Of a DNA stretch of 64,000 nucleotides, positions 38,270 through 46,809 are shown one piece after another. Made by a program: the position numbers and the translations under genes. Below the pieces are notes generated by a model. That model ran no database searches and had not been told where the DNA came from. It saw only the letters and a program-made list of their open reading frames with translations. Position 1 is the first letter of the stretch; each line of letters begins with the position of its first letter. Source of the stretch: Candidatus Limnocylindria bacterium (GTDB lineage Bacteria > Chloroflexota > Limnocylindria > QHBO01); NCBI GenBank assembly GCA_036004845.1, contig DASYRA010000001.1, positions 282 through 64,281 on the forward strand, in the 5' to 3' direction.

Positions 38270-39172
38270 ATGGCGGTCGTCGGCCTGACCCAGGGATGGG
38301 TCGCCAAGCGACTCCCGGAGCGACCGGCGAGGGCGCACAAGGGCAGCTTCGGCCGGCTGCTGATCGTCGCGGGCTCGCTGGAGTACGCGGGCGCGGCCCT
38401 CCTGACGGGGCTCGGCGCCATCCGCGCCGGGGTCGGCCTCGCGTGCCTGGCCACACCCGAGGCGGTGGGCACTCGACTGATGGGCCTCGTCCCCGAGCTG
38501 ACGTCGATGCTGCTTATCGAGGAGGCGCCCGGCCTCACCGCCCCCGCCGGCTGGCGCCAGCTTGCGACCGAGGCTGCCGGCTACCAGGCCTTTGTCATCG
38601 GTCCGGGCCTTGGCCGGCAGCCGGCAACCCTCCGTCGGGCGCGCAACTTCATCGGCGGTCTGCGCCTCCCCGCCGTCGTCGACGCGGATGGGCTCACCGC
38701 CCTGGCGGAGGTCCAGCGCTGGTGGCAGCCGCTGCGGGCGCCGCTGGTGCTCACCCCGCACGCCGGCGAGTTCGCCCGGCTCATGCGGATGGCTCCCGGC
38801 GAGTCGCTTGCCGACGACGACGCCCAGCGCGCGGAGGCGGCTCGCGACGCGGCGACCAGCTGGGGCCAGATCGTTGTGCTGAAGGGCGCTCACACCGTGA
38901 TCGCGTCTCCAACCGGCGACCTGCTCCGCTCCGACATCGCCACACCTGCCCTTGCCACGGCGGGCAGCGGAGACGTCCTGGCCGGCGCGATCGGCGCTTT
39001 CCTGGCGGCCGGGATGGACCCGTTCGAGGCAGCCGGATGCGGGGTGGCCGTGCACGGCGCGGCCGGCCTGCTGGCCGAGGATCGGATCGGCCAGACGGGC
39101 GTCGTTGCGCGCGACATCGCCAACCTGCTTCCCGCGGCAATCCAGCAGCTTCGCGGCGGGCGCCAGGGATGA
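38270..39172 (+). CDS. nnrD: ADP-dependent NAD(P)H-hydrate dehydratase (YjeF C-terminal family)
   Basis: RPARAHKGSFGRLLIVAGSLEYAGAALL, VIGPGLG, LTPHAGEF, GSGDVLAG. Confidence 0.88.
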   Translation: MAVVGLTQGWVAKRLPERPARAHKGSFGRLLIVAGSLEYAGAALLTGLGAIRAGVGLACLATPEAVGTRLMGLVPELTSMLLIEEAPGLTAPAGWRQLATEAAGYQAFVIGPGLGRQPATLRRARNFIGGLRLPAVVDADGLTALAEVQRWWQPLRAPLVLTPHAGEFARLMRMAPGESLADDDAQRAEAARDAATSWGQIVVLKGAHTVIASPTGDLLRSDIATPALATAGSGDVLAGAIGAFLAAGMDPFEAAGCGVAVHGAAGLLAEDRIGQTGVVARDIANLLPAAIQQLRGGRQG

Positions 39173-40323
39173 GCGCCGCCCCGCAGCGCAGCCCGCATCG
39201 AGCCTGGATCGAGGTCGACCACACCGCACTGGCCGGCAACCTGGCGGAGCTGCGCCGGCTTGCCGGCGGGGAGACGAGCGTGATCGCCGTGGTGAAGGCC
39301 AACGCCTACGGCCACGGCGCGATCGAGGTGTCCCGGACCCTGCTCGACCACGGCGCGGAGCGCCTCGCCGTGGCCACCCTGGGGGAGGGGCTCGAGCTGC
39401 GCGAGGCGGGGATTGCGGCACCGATCCTGGTCCTGTGGGCGCTGGGGACTCCCGAGGCGGAGCGGGCCGTGGCCGCCGACCTGGAGCCGGTCGTGTACGA
39501 CGTGGCAGGCGTCGAGCTGCTCGATCGGGCGGCGGCCGCGCTCGGTCGTCGCGCCTCGGTCCAGCTCAAGATCGACTCCGGGCTGGGGCGGCAGGGGAGC
39601 GAGCCGGGACTCGCGGTCGAGCTGGCGCTGCGCATCGCACGCAGCCGGCATCTTCGGCTCACCGGGACCTTCAGCCACCTCGCGGTCCCCGGCGAGGACG
39701 AGGCCCATACCGACGTACAGCTGCTTCGGCTCGCCCAGGCCCTCGACGCCATGCGTTCGGCGGGAGCCGATCCTGGGATGGTCCACGTCGCGGCCACCGG
39801 CGGCATCCTTGGTGGCGCCGGCACCTTCGGCGACGCGATTCGGCCCGGGCTGGGCCTGTACGGCATGGTCCCCGGCTGGGCCGCCGAGCGGGACGTGGGG
39901 CTGCGCCCGGTCCTCTCGCTGCGGGCCCTCCCGCTCCGCATCTTCAACCTGGCGGCCGGTGAGGGGATCGGGTACGGGCTTCGCTTCCGCGCAGAGCGCG
40001 CGACCCGCATCGCCACGCTGGGGATCGGCTATGGGGACGGGTGGCCGCGGGTCCACGCCAACAACGGCTGGGTCCTGGTGCGCGGCGAGCGTCGGCCGAT
40101 CGTCGGGGCCGTGAGCATGGATGGCATCACGGTCGATCTGGGCGATCTTGATGATGTAACCTACGCCGACGAGTTCGTCCTGATCGGCGAGCAGATGCGC
40201 GCCCGCATCGACGCCGATGAGGTCGCCGCCCAGCGACGCACCATCAACTACGAAGTGACGACCGCCCTTCGTGACCGCCTCCCGCGCGTGCATCTGCCGG
40301 AGGTGGCTGCGAACGCAGGGTGA
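39169..40323 (+). CDS. alr: Alanine racemase
   Basis: AWIEVDHTALAGNLAELR, PLP-lysine motif VVKANAYGHG, ATLGIGYGDGWPR. ATGA overlap with nnrD. Confidence 0.94.
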   Translation: MSAAPQRSPHRAWIEVDHTALAGNLAELRRLAGGETSVIAVVKANAYGHGAIEVSRTLLDHGAERLAVATLGEGLELREAGIAAPILVLWALGTPEAERAVAADLEPVVYDVAGVELLDRAAAALGRRASVQLKIDSGLGRQGSEPGLAVELALRIARSRHLRLTGTFSHLAVPGEDEAHTDVQLLRLAQALDAMRSAGADPGMVHVAATGGILGGAGTFGDAIRPGLGLYGMVPGWAAERDVGLRPVLSLRALPLRIFNLAAGEGIGYGLRFRAERATRIATLGIGYGDGWPRVHANNGWVLVRGERRPIVGAVSMDGITVDLGDLDDVTYADEFVLIGEQMRARIDADEVAAQRRTINYEVTTALRDRLPRVHLPEVAANAG

Positions 40324-40342
40324 GGCCGTCGAGCGAGCAGCC

Positions 40343-40615
40343 ATGCGTGTCTGGAGGGTGCAAGTGAAGCGGGCCGACGCCCTCGCCGATGAGCTCGAAC
40401 GACGGGGAGTCGGGGGGCCCGCCGCGATCCTGATGGACGCCCATCGGCCACTCCTGCCTCTGCTGCGCCAGGGCTCCATCTTCCTTGGCCCGCTCCTGAG
40501 CCCGTTGCTCGGTCCGCGCCGGTTCGGCGCCCTGCGCGGGGTCCTCGAGGACCCGACCGCCTACGACCACATCGCTGCCCGGCTGCGGGGCGAGGGTCGG
40601 GACCGCTCGCGCTAG
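40343..40615 (+). CDS. Hypothetical small protein (90 aa), first gene of the unknown operon
   Basis: ATG 40343, in frame in track ORF 40271..40615. Stop TAG abuts the next ATG. Hydrophobic LPLLRQGSIFLGPLLSPLLGP segment. No family recognised. Confidence 0.4.
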   Translation: MRVWRVQVKRADALADELERRGVGGPAAILMDAHRPLLPLLRQGSIFLGPLLSPLLGPRRFGALRGVLEDPTAYDHIAARLRGEGRDRSR

Positions 40616-41458
40616 ATGCCCAACCTCGGCGAGCTCGCCTCCTACCTTGTCAGTCTGGTGACTGATGCCGTCGGCTCGTCCTCGATGCGACTTGGTGCGG
40701 CCCCAACGGTCTCCATCCTGATCGTGTTGCTCGCACTCCTGTCGCTCGCCGCGCGACCCGGAGTGCGGTGGACCGCCTCCGACCTCGGCGGGCTGGCCCG
40801 CGTCGGCCGCATGATGGCGCTCGCCGCCGAGGCCGGCAACGACGCGACGATCCAGCTGGGCAGCGCGGGCGTCAGCCGCGCGGCATCGGCGACCGACCGC
40901 TTTCAGACCCTTGGCGCCCTGCCACTGCTGGGCCACGTGGCTGATGCCGCCGCCCGGGCGGGCGTCGCGCTGCGGGTGACGACCAACGACCCTGTTGCGG
41001 CGTTGCTCGCACAGTCGACCCTGGCCCAGGCGCATGAGCGCACCGCAACCCCCGAGCGCGCCTCCTCGGCGGCGGTCGAATACGTGGGCGAGGGCCGGCC
41101 CGCCGCCGCCGCGTTCGCCCTCGCCACGGCCCAGCCGCACGGCGTGGCGGTGGTGGCCGGCGGCCTCGCTGAGGAGGCCATCCTGGTTCTCGACGGGGTG
41201 CTCGGCGACGCGGAGTGGAGCCTCGCCGCCACGGCCAGCGGCTCCCAGCTGGCGGGACCGTTGCTGAGCGGCGATGCGAGCCTGGTTGGGCCGGCCTTCT
41301 TCCAGGCGGCCGGCGAGATCGGTGCCCGCGGTCAGGCGAGAACCGCGGTGCTCGCCGCCAATCGCCTGATCTGGGGCGCCATCGGGCTCCTCCTGGTCGG
41401 CTCGCTAATCACCTGGGCCGGCGGGCCTGAGGTCGCTGCCTTCCTGACGGGACGCTGA
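40616..41458 (+). CDS. Hypothetical membrane-anchored protein (280 aa)
   Basis: N-terminal TM (TVSILIVLLALLSLAA) and C-terminal TM (LIWGAIGLLLVGSLITWAG) flank an Ala-rich soluble region. G/C third-position bias fits this frame. Confidence 0.6.
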   Translation: MPNLGELASYLVSLVTDAVGSSSMRLGAAPTVSILIVLLALLSLAARPGVRWTASDLGGLARVGRMMALAAEAGNDATIQLGSAGVSRAASATDRFQTLGALPLLGHVADAAARAGVALRVTTNDPVAALLAQSTLAQAHERTATPERASSAAVEYVGEGRPAAAAFALATAQPHGVAVVAGGLAEEAILVLDGVLGDAEWSLAATASGSQLAGPLLSGDASLVGPAFFQAAGEIGARGQARTAVLAANRLIWGAIGLLLVGSLITWAGGPEVAAFLTGR

Positions 41459-41463
41459 CCGCG

Positions 41464-42081
41464 ATGCGTCGCTCGATCCTCGCCGGCACCGTCCTGGTGA
41501 CGGGGCTGCTGGTCCTGCTGGACCTGATGATCGTGAACCCATCCCTGGACGTCGCGGCGGGGGCCGTAAACGAGCTGCTCGTCCTCCTTGCAGCCGGGGC
41601 CGCCGTGGGCGGCGGGGCGACGCTGGTCGCCCATCACGCTCGCACCCTGGCGGCGGGCGGCGGCGATTCGACCGGGTCGATCGTGCTGCTGGTCGGGATG
41701 GCGGCGATCCTGCTGGCCGGCCTGCGACCGGGCTCGACGGGCAGCTCCGACCCGGTGGTGGTCTGGCTGGTGGCGGCGCTGCTGGCGCCGATCGCGGCCT
41801 CGGTCTTCGCCCTCCTCTTCATCTTCCTGCTCGGCGCCTTCCGCCGCGGGTTCACGCTCCGCGTGCGGGAGACATCGCTGATGGCGGGCGCCGCGGCCGT
41901 GGTGATCGCCCTGCTCCTCCCGGTCGGGGGCGCGGCCGGCGACTGGCTGGCCGCGGGCGCCGGCTGGATGCGCGACGTGCCGCTCGCCGGGGTCTTCCGC
42001 GGCCTGCTGATCGGGATCGGGATCCTGGTCGCCGTCAGCGCCGCTCGCTCCCTGATGGCCCTCGACCGCGATGACGAATAG
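41464..42081 (+). CDS. Hypothetical polytopic membrane protein (205 aa)
   Basis: About 5-6 hydrophobic helices (GTVLVTGLLVLLDLMIV, LLVLLAAGAAVGG, IVLLVGMAAILLAGL, VVVWLVAALLAPIAASVFALLFIFLLGAF...). Confidence 0.65.
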   Translation: MRRSILAGTVLVTGLLVLLDLMIVNPSLDVAAGAVNELLVLLAAGAAVGGGATLVAHHARTLAAGGGDSTGSIVLLVGMAAILLAGLRPGSTGSSDPVVVWLVAALLAPIAASVFALLFIFLLGAFRRGFTLRVRETSLMAGAAAVVIALLLPVGGAAGDWLAAGAGWMRDVPLAGVFRGLLIGIGILVAVSAARSLMALDRDDE

Positions 42082-42943
42082 CGTCGGCCCGACCCCCGCA
42101 ATTGGCGAGGGCGCGGCTCGCCTGCGCCGCGCCGTCCCGACCCTGCTCCTCGTCCTTGCGCTGGTGGTGGCTACCCTGCTCTCCGGCGGCATCGATGGCC
42201 TGCGACTGGCCAGCCCGGACCGATCGCATGTCGATCAGCTGCGCGCGGCGATCGGGGATCTTCCGGATCGCGCCGTGGTCCTGATCGCCTGCGATGCGGA
42301 CCTGGGGACCTACCCCGAGATCAGGGCGACGACGCGTGCCGCGATCGACGACCTGTCGGCCAGGGGTGCGCGTCTTGCGATCGTCAGCTTCACGCCGGAG
42401 GGGCGCGCCATCGCTGCGGCCGAGCGTGATCGGATCACGCGCATCGGGACGGAGGACCCGCCGGCTGACCTCGGCTTCGTGGCGGGTGCGGAGGCCGGGC
42501 TGGTGCGGAGCATCGCGTCGCTCGTCCCGGACGGCGCCGAGGGCGCCATCTTCGATGCGATCCGTGAGCGCGGCGGTGGCATCGGCGCCTTTGACATGGT
42601 GCTGATCGTTTCGGGAAGCGACATCTCGGCACGCAGCTGGGTCGAGCAGGTGGGCAGCCGTCTCCCGGACCTGTCGATGGTCGCCATCGCCCCCACCTTC
42701 CTGGACCCTGAGCTGGAGCCCTACCTTCGTTCCGGCCAGCTGACGGCGCTCCTCTCCACGCTGCGCGAGGGGGTGGCCTACGCCGAGGTCGTCACAGCTG
42801 GATCGACGTCCAGCCCCGGGCCGACCCCGGGCCCGCTGCCGATGCTGGTTGGCATGCTCGTCGCGCTGGCCGTGCTCGCCGAAGGCGCCTTCCGTCGGCT
42901 CGTGCGCCGCGGGCGGCGCGCTCCCGGTCGATCGCCGTCGTGA
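42071..42943 (+). CDS. Hypothetical bitopic protein (290 aa): N- and C-terminal TM anchors around an alpha/beta-like domain
   Basis: TM LLLVLALVVATLLSGG near the N-terminus and LPMLVGMLVALAVLAEGAF near the C-terminus. 11-nt overlap with the preceding ORF. Confidence 0.65.
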   Translation: MTNSVGPTPAIGEGAARLRRAVPTLLLVLALVVATLLSGGIDGLRLASPDRSHVDQLRAAIGDLPDRAVVLIACDADLGTYPEIRATTRAAIDDLSARGARLAIVSFTPEGRAIAAAERDRITRIGTEDPPADLGFVAGAEAGLVRSIASLVPDGAEGAIFDAIRERGGGIGAFDMVLIVSGSDISARSWVEQVGSRLPDLSMVAIAPTFLDPELEPYLRSGQLTALLSTLREGVAYAEVVTAGSTSSPGPTPGPLPMLVGMLVALAVLAEGAFRRLVRRGRRAPGRSPS

Positions 42944-43584
42944 ACGGCTTCGCCGGAGCCGACCTGAGCGGGACCGTGGCAACCTGGTTCGCGGCGATCG
43001 CCACAATTGCGGTGTGGTCCTACCTGGTCGGTTCGCGGCGGCTCTTCGTGCTGATGCAGCACCTGCTTGCCGGCCTCGCGACGGGGTACCTGGTGTTGCT
43101 CGCGATCCGTGACGTGCTGGTGCCACGCCTCGCCGCCCCGCTGATCGAGCATCCGCGGGACCACGTGCTGCTCCTCCCGGCGCTGGTCCTGGTGGGGATG
43201 CTGGTCGCCGGGTCGTGGCTCCCTCGACGAGCGGTGGCCCCCGCCGGCGCGATCCTGGTCGGCGGGATCGCCGCCTTCGCCCTTGGCGGCGCCGTCGTGG
43301 GAACGATCCTGCCCCAGGTCGCGGCCGCACTTCCGGCGGTCACCCCAGCCACGTCCGACCTGGTGGGTGGGGTGATCTCGCTGGCCATCACCTCGCTCGT
43401 GCTGATCGCGTTCCTGCACGGGGCTCCGCGAGGCAGGCTGACGACGCGGGCGGCGACGATGGGTCGCTGGCTCCTGGTCGGGGGCATCGGCGGATGGCTC
43501 GGCTTCCTGGTCGTCAGCCGCCTGTCGCTGCTCGTCGACCGGATCGCGTTCCTCCTCGGCGATTGGCTGACGGTGCTCCGATGA
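42940..43584 (+). CDS. Hypothetical polytopic membrane protein (214 aa)
   Basis: About 6 hydrophobic helices. GTGA overlap upstream and ATGA overlap downstream. Confidence 0.65.
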   Translation: MNGFAGADLSGTVATWFAAIATIAVWSYLVGSRRLFVLMQHLLAGLATGYLVLLAIRDVLVPRLAAPLIEHPRDHVLLLPALVLVGMLVAGSWLPRRAVAPAGAILVGGIAAFALGGAVVGTILPQVAAALPAVTPATSDLVGGVISLAITSLVLIAFLHGAPRGRLTTRAATMGRWLLVGGIGGWLGFLVVSRLSLLVDRIAFLLGDWLTVLR

Positions 43585-45248
43585 CGATCGACGCCCGTGC
43601 GCGAGAGCCCGGCCGCGCCACCGCCGAGCTGTCGCTCCTGGTGGATATCGGCTCCGCCTGGACGAAGGCGGCCGTGGTCGGCCGCGCGATGGGCCGATGG
43701 AGGATCGCGGCGCACGCTGCGCAGCCGAGCGCCTGGGACGAGGGCGAGCTGATCGCCACGCTCGCGGCACGCCTCACCGGCCGGGCCGATGCTCGCGTCT
43801 CGGGACGAATCGCGACGCTGCTGGCCGATGCTCCGCGCATCGCCGTCCACACCCCCGCCCGACCCGGACGGATCGCCCTTGCCGCCGTCTCGTCCGAGCT
43901 CTCCGGCCAGGCGGCTCGAAGCGCTGCGGAGGCGGCCGGCTGGGTCGTCGTCGAGGCGGTGATGGTCGACGACGGCCGCGCCGTGGTCGACCGGCTCTCG
44001 GCGCTGCAGTCTGCCGAGGTCGACGCCTGGCTCATCGCCGGCGGGTTCGACGAGGAGGGTGGGGAGGGTGCGCTCGAGGTGGCCGGCCTGGTCGCGGCGG
44101 CGCGCGGCGGCGGCCGATCTCCCGTGGTGTGGGCCGGCTCGGCCGGCCTCACCGAGCGGGTCGGCGCCTTCTTCGAGCCCGGCGTCCTGCGGGCGGTCGC
44201 CAACCCGCGTCCCTCGGCGGACCGCGAGAACCTCCTCCCCCTGCGGCGGTACCTCGATGGCCTGATCGAGCGCCTCGTCGAGCGCGGGACGGCGCGGCAG
44301 CTTGCGCCGATCGGGTTCGGCAGGGCAGTGGCCGAGCTCGCCCGCGCAGCGCGCCTGCGGGTGGTGGGGGTGGACCTGGGTGCCCGATACGCGACCTGGG
44401 CCAGCGCCGATGAGAACGGCATGGCTGAGAGCCGAGTCGTCGCGCTCGGTGGCCTTGCTTCACCGACCCTGACCGCTCCGGGCGGTCCGGCGCGGATCGC
44501 CCACAGCCTGCCGCTGGCGATCGACGAGCTGGCCGTGGCGGATGCGCTCCAGAACCTGCGCGCGCGGCCGGGATCGATCCCACAGACGGACGAGGAGCTG
44601 GCGGTGGTCCACGGGGCGGCTCGCGACCTGCTCGGCGATCTGGCGACGAGTGGGCCGCAGCCGGGAGGAATCGACCTGCTGATCGGCTCGGGCCGCACCA
44701 TCGCCGGCGCGCCGCTGCCCGCCCAGGCGATGCAGATGCTGCTCGACGGCATTCGACCGATCGGGATCGTGCAGGTCGCGATCGACCCCGCCGGAGCGCT
44801 CGGCCCGCTGGGGGCGCTGCGCGACGATGAGATCGTGGAGGGCCTCGGGACGCTGCGCGACGACCTGCTGACACCGCTCGGCGCCGCGGTGGTCTGTCGC
44901 GGCGGGCGACCGGGCCACTTCTCGATGCGGGTCACGGTCCATCGGGTCGGCTGGCGCTCGCTCGGTCCGATCGAGGTGCGTCCCGGACAGCTGGAGGTGG
45001 TGCCGCTCCCGCGCGGCCAGGTGGCCGAGCTGGAGATCGAGGTCGATCCGGCGGTGAGCCTCGGCGCTCCTCGCCGCACTCGCCGGCTGCGCGCCTCGGT
45101 GACCGGCGGCGCGGTCGGCGTGGTCCTGGACGCGCGCGACGCCCCGCTCATCTTGCCGCGGCGCAGCGACGATCGGCGCGCGGTGCTGGGCGGATGGCGC
45201 GATACGTTCGTGCGCGAGGTTCGGCCTCCGACCGAGGGGGTGGCATGA
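43581..45248 (+). CDS. GlmL/MutL-like (glutamate-mutase-L family) actin-fold (ASKHA) ATPase, 555 aa
   Basis: LLVDIGSAWTKAAVV resembles the DxGSTxTK phosphate-1 motif. LIAGGFDEEGGEG resembles the GGxDGG motif. Second ASKHA-like repeat VVGVDLGARYATWA and IDLLIGSGRTIAG. In-frame ATG of track ORF 43215..45248. Confidence 0.7.
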   Translation: MTIDARAREPGRATAELSLLVDIGSAWTKAAVVGRAMGRWRIAAHAAQPSAWDEGELIATLAARLTGRADARVSGRIATLLADAPRIAVHTPARPGRIALAAVSSELSGQAARSAAEAAGWVVVEAVMVDDGRAVVDRLSALQSAEVDAWLIAGGFDEEGGEGALEVAGLVAAARGGGRSPVVWAGSAGLTERVGAFFEPGVLRAVANPRPSADRENLLPLRRYLDGLIERLVERGTARQLAPIGFGRAVAELARAARLRVVGVDLGARYATWASADENGMAESRVVALGGLASPTLTAPGGPARIAHSLPLAIDELAVADALQNLRARPGSIPQTDEELAVVHGAARDLLGDLATSGPQPGGIDLLIGSGRTIAGAPLPAQAMQMLLDGIRPIGIVQVAIDPAGALGPLGALRDDEIVEGLGTLRDDLLTPLGAAVVCRGGRPGHFSMRVTVHRVGWRSLGPIEVRPGQLEVVPLPRGQVAELEIEVDPAVSLGAPRRTRRLRASVTGGAVGVVLDARDAPLILPRRSDDRRAVLGGWRDTFVREVRPPTEGVA

Positions 45249-46285
45249 TCGAGGCGTCGCTGCACCGCATCCACCTGCCGCGCGGGACGGTCGTCAGCGT
45301 GCGCGTCGGTGCCGAGATCAGGCCCGACGAGGTGATCGGCCTGCGGCGGGGAGCGCTGGCACCGGTCCGGGTGCCAGTCACGCGCGCGCTGCATCGCCAG
45401 CCCGGCGAGATCGAGCAGCTGCTCGTGGTGCGGCCCGGTGAGCGAGTCGAGGCCGAGCAGCCGCTGGCAGTGGTCGAAGGTGCGGGCGTGGTGCTTGCCC
45501 CGGTCGCCGGGCTGGTGCTGGCGGCCTCGGGACGCGACGGGACGCTCCTGCTCGCGCCGCTCGGCTCCGAGGAGACGGTGATCGGCCACGTTCGGGGTCG
45601 GGTGCGCGCCGTCGAGGAGGGTTCGCTGGTGGTCGAGGTCCCCGCGGCCAGGCTGCACGGGGTCGGGGGCAGCGGCGAGGCCGTCCACGGAGAGCTGGTG
45701 GTCGGGGTGCCGAATCCCGGTGACGAGCTCCGGGCGGCTGCGATCGATGCGGGTGCCACCGGCAAGATCCTGGTCGGTGGGTCGCGAGCCTCGGCCGAGA
45801 CGCTGACCCGAGCCCGGGCGATGGGGGTTGCCGGCATCGTGCTCGGCGGTGTCCTGGATAAGGAGCTGCGCGACTTCGAGGCGATTCAGCGACGCCGACG
45901 CGAGGCCGGGGGCATGACCGGATCGTTTGGAATCCTGCTGGTCGAAGGGTTCGGCAAGGTCGGGATCGACCCGCAGCTGTTCGCCTGGTTCCGCACTCAC
46001 GCGGGGCGGGTCGCAAGCCTCTTCGGAGCCGATGGGCTGCTCTATGTCTATGACGCTGCCCCCGTGCCGATGCGTCGTGCGCTGGCCGCGGTGGGGGATC
46101 GGGTGATCGCCCATCGACGCCCGTTCCAGGGACGGGGCGGGGTGCTGGTCGCGCTGCTCGAGGAGCTGCACAGCGCGCAATCGGGCATTCCGACGCGCAT
46201 GGCCCTCGTTCGCTTCGAGGACGGTCGCCTCGCGCCGGTGCCGCTGGCCAACGTCGAGGCCACGGTGCTGCCCGAGGGCCGCTGA
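45245..46285 (+). CDS. Hypothetical protein (346 aa): N-terminal barrel-sandwich-hybrid-like and C-terminal KOW-like segments
   Basis: GERVEAEQPLAVVEGAGVVLAPVAGLV resembles lipoyl/biotinyl-type hybrid barrels, with no Lys at the attachment position. C-terminus GDRVIAHRRPFQGRGGVLVAL. ATGA overlap upstream. Confidence 0.65.
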   Translation: MIEASLHRIHLPRGTVVSVRVGAEIRPDEVIGLRRGALAPVRVPVTRALHRQPGEIEQLLVVRPGERVEAEQPLAVVEGAGVVLAPVAGLVLAASGRDGTLLLAPLGSEETVIGHVRGRVRAVEEGSLVVEVPAARLHGVGGSGEAVHGELVVGVPNPGDELRAAAIDAGATGKILVGGSRASAETLTRARAMGVAGIVLGGVLDKELRDFEAIQRRRREAGGMTGSFGILLVEGFGKVGIDPQLFAWFRTHAGRVASLFGADGLLYVYDAAPVPMRRALAAVGDRVIAHRRPFQGRGGVLVALLEELHSAQSGIPTRMALVRFEDGRLAPVPLANVEATVLPEGR

Positions 46286-46311
46286 TCGGCCGCTCCCGTA
46301 TCCTTCGGAGC

Positions 46312-46809
46312 ATGGAAGGGCTGGGCTCGCACGCAGATGCCGCGGGAAGCCTGCGCACCGCGGCGGCACGGGAGACGAGGGCGATCGGGCAGGCGCTCGG
46401 CTCTCACGCGCGCGCCGGGGCCCTGGTTGCCCTCATCGGACCGCTGGGAGCCGGCAAGACGGAGCTGGCCAAGGGCGTCGCGGAGGGGCTGGGCATCACG
46501 AGCGTCGTCAACAGCCCCACCTTCGTGTTGATGAACGAGCACGTCGGCCGGTTGCGGCTCTTCCACATCGACGCCTACCGCCTCGACGACCCGGAGGAGG
46601 CGATCGCGGCAGGCCTCTTCGACGATCGACAGGCTGCCGGCGTGGCGGTGGTGGAGTGGGCCGACCGCCTCGGCGATCGGCTGCCCGCGGAGCGGCTGGA
46701 GCTGACGCTGCAGCCCGAGCCGGAGGGGAGCGACCGGCGCAGCATCACCTGGCGGGCGCTGGGCGCCGCCCATCTGCGCCTCGCCGGCGAGGCACTGGCG
46801 CAGCGATGA
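46312..46809 (+). CDS. tsaE: tRNA t6A37 biosynthesis ATPase TsaE
   Basis: LVALIGPLGAGKTELAKGVAEGLGI, VNSPTFVLMNEH, HIDAYRL. Confidence 0.92.
   Translation: MEGLGSHADAAGSLRTAAARETRAIGQALGSHARAGALVALIGPLGAGKTELAKGVAEGLGITSVVNSPTFVLMNEHVGRLRLFHIDAYRLDDPEEAIAAGLFDDRQAAGVAVVEWADRLGDRLPAERLELTLQPEPEGSDRRSITWRALGAAHLRLAGEALAQR

Noticed and set aside
38296-40323. 675-aa + strand track ORF that would fuse an upstream frame to alr. Similar long upstream extensions occur at 43215, 54145, 58895, 60640 and 31004.
   Set aside because: The upstream parts are out-of-frame overlaps of neighbouring real genes and are Arg/Pro/Gly-rich. The recognisable protein begins at an internal start that overlaps the preceding stop codon.
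43514-46369. 951-aa minus-strand ORF spanning the unknown operon. I considered it as an alternative coding strand.
   Set aside because: It is extremely Arg/Ala/Ser/Pro/Thr-rich with no motifs. The + strand ORFs show coupled start/stop overlaps, TM-helix patterns and an ASKHA phosphate-binding motif.
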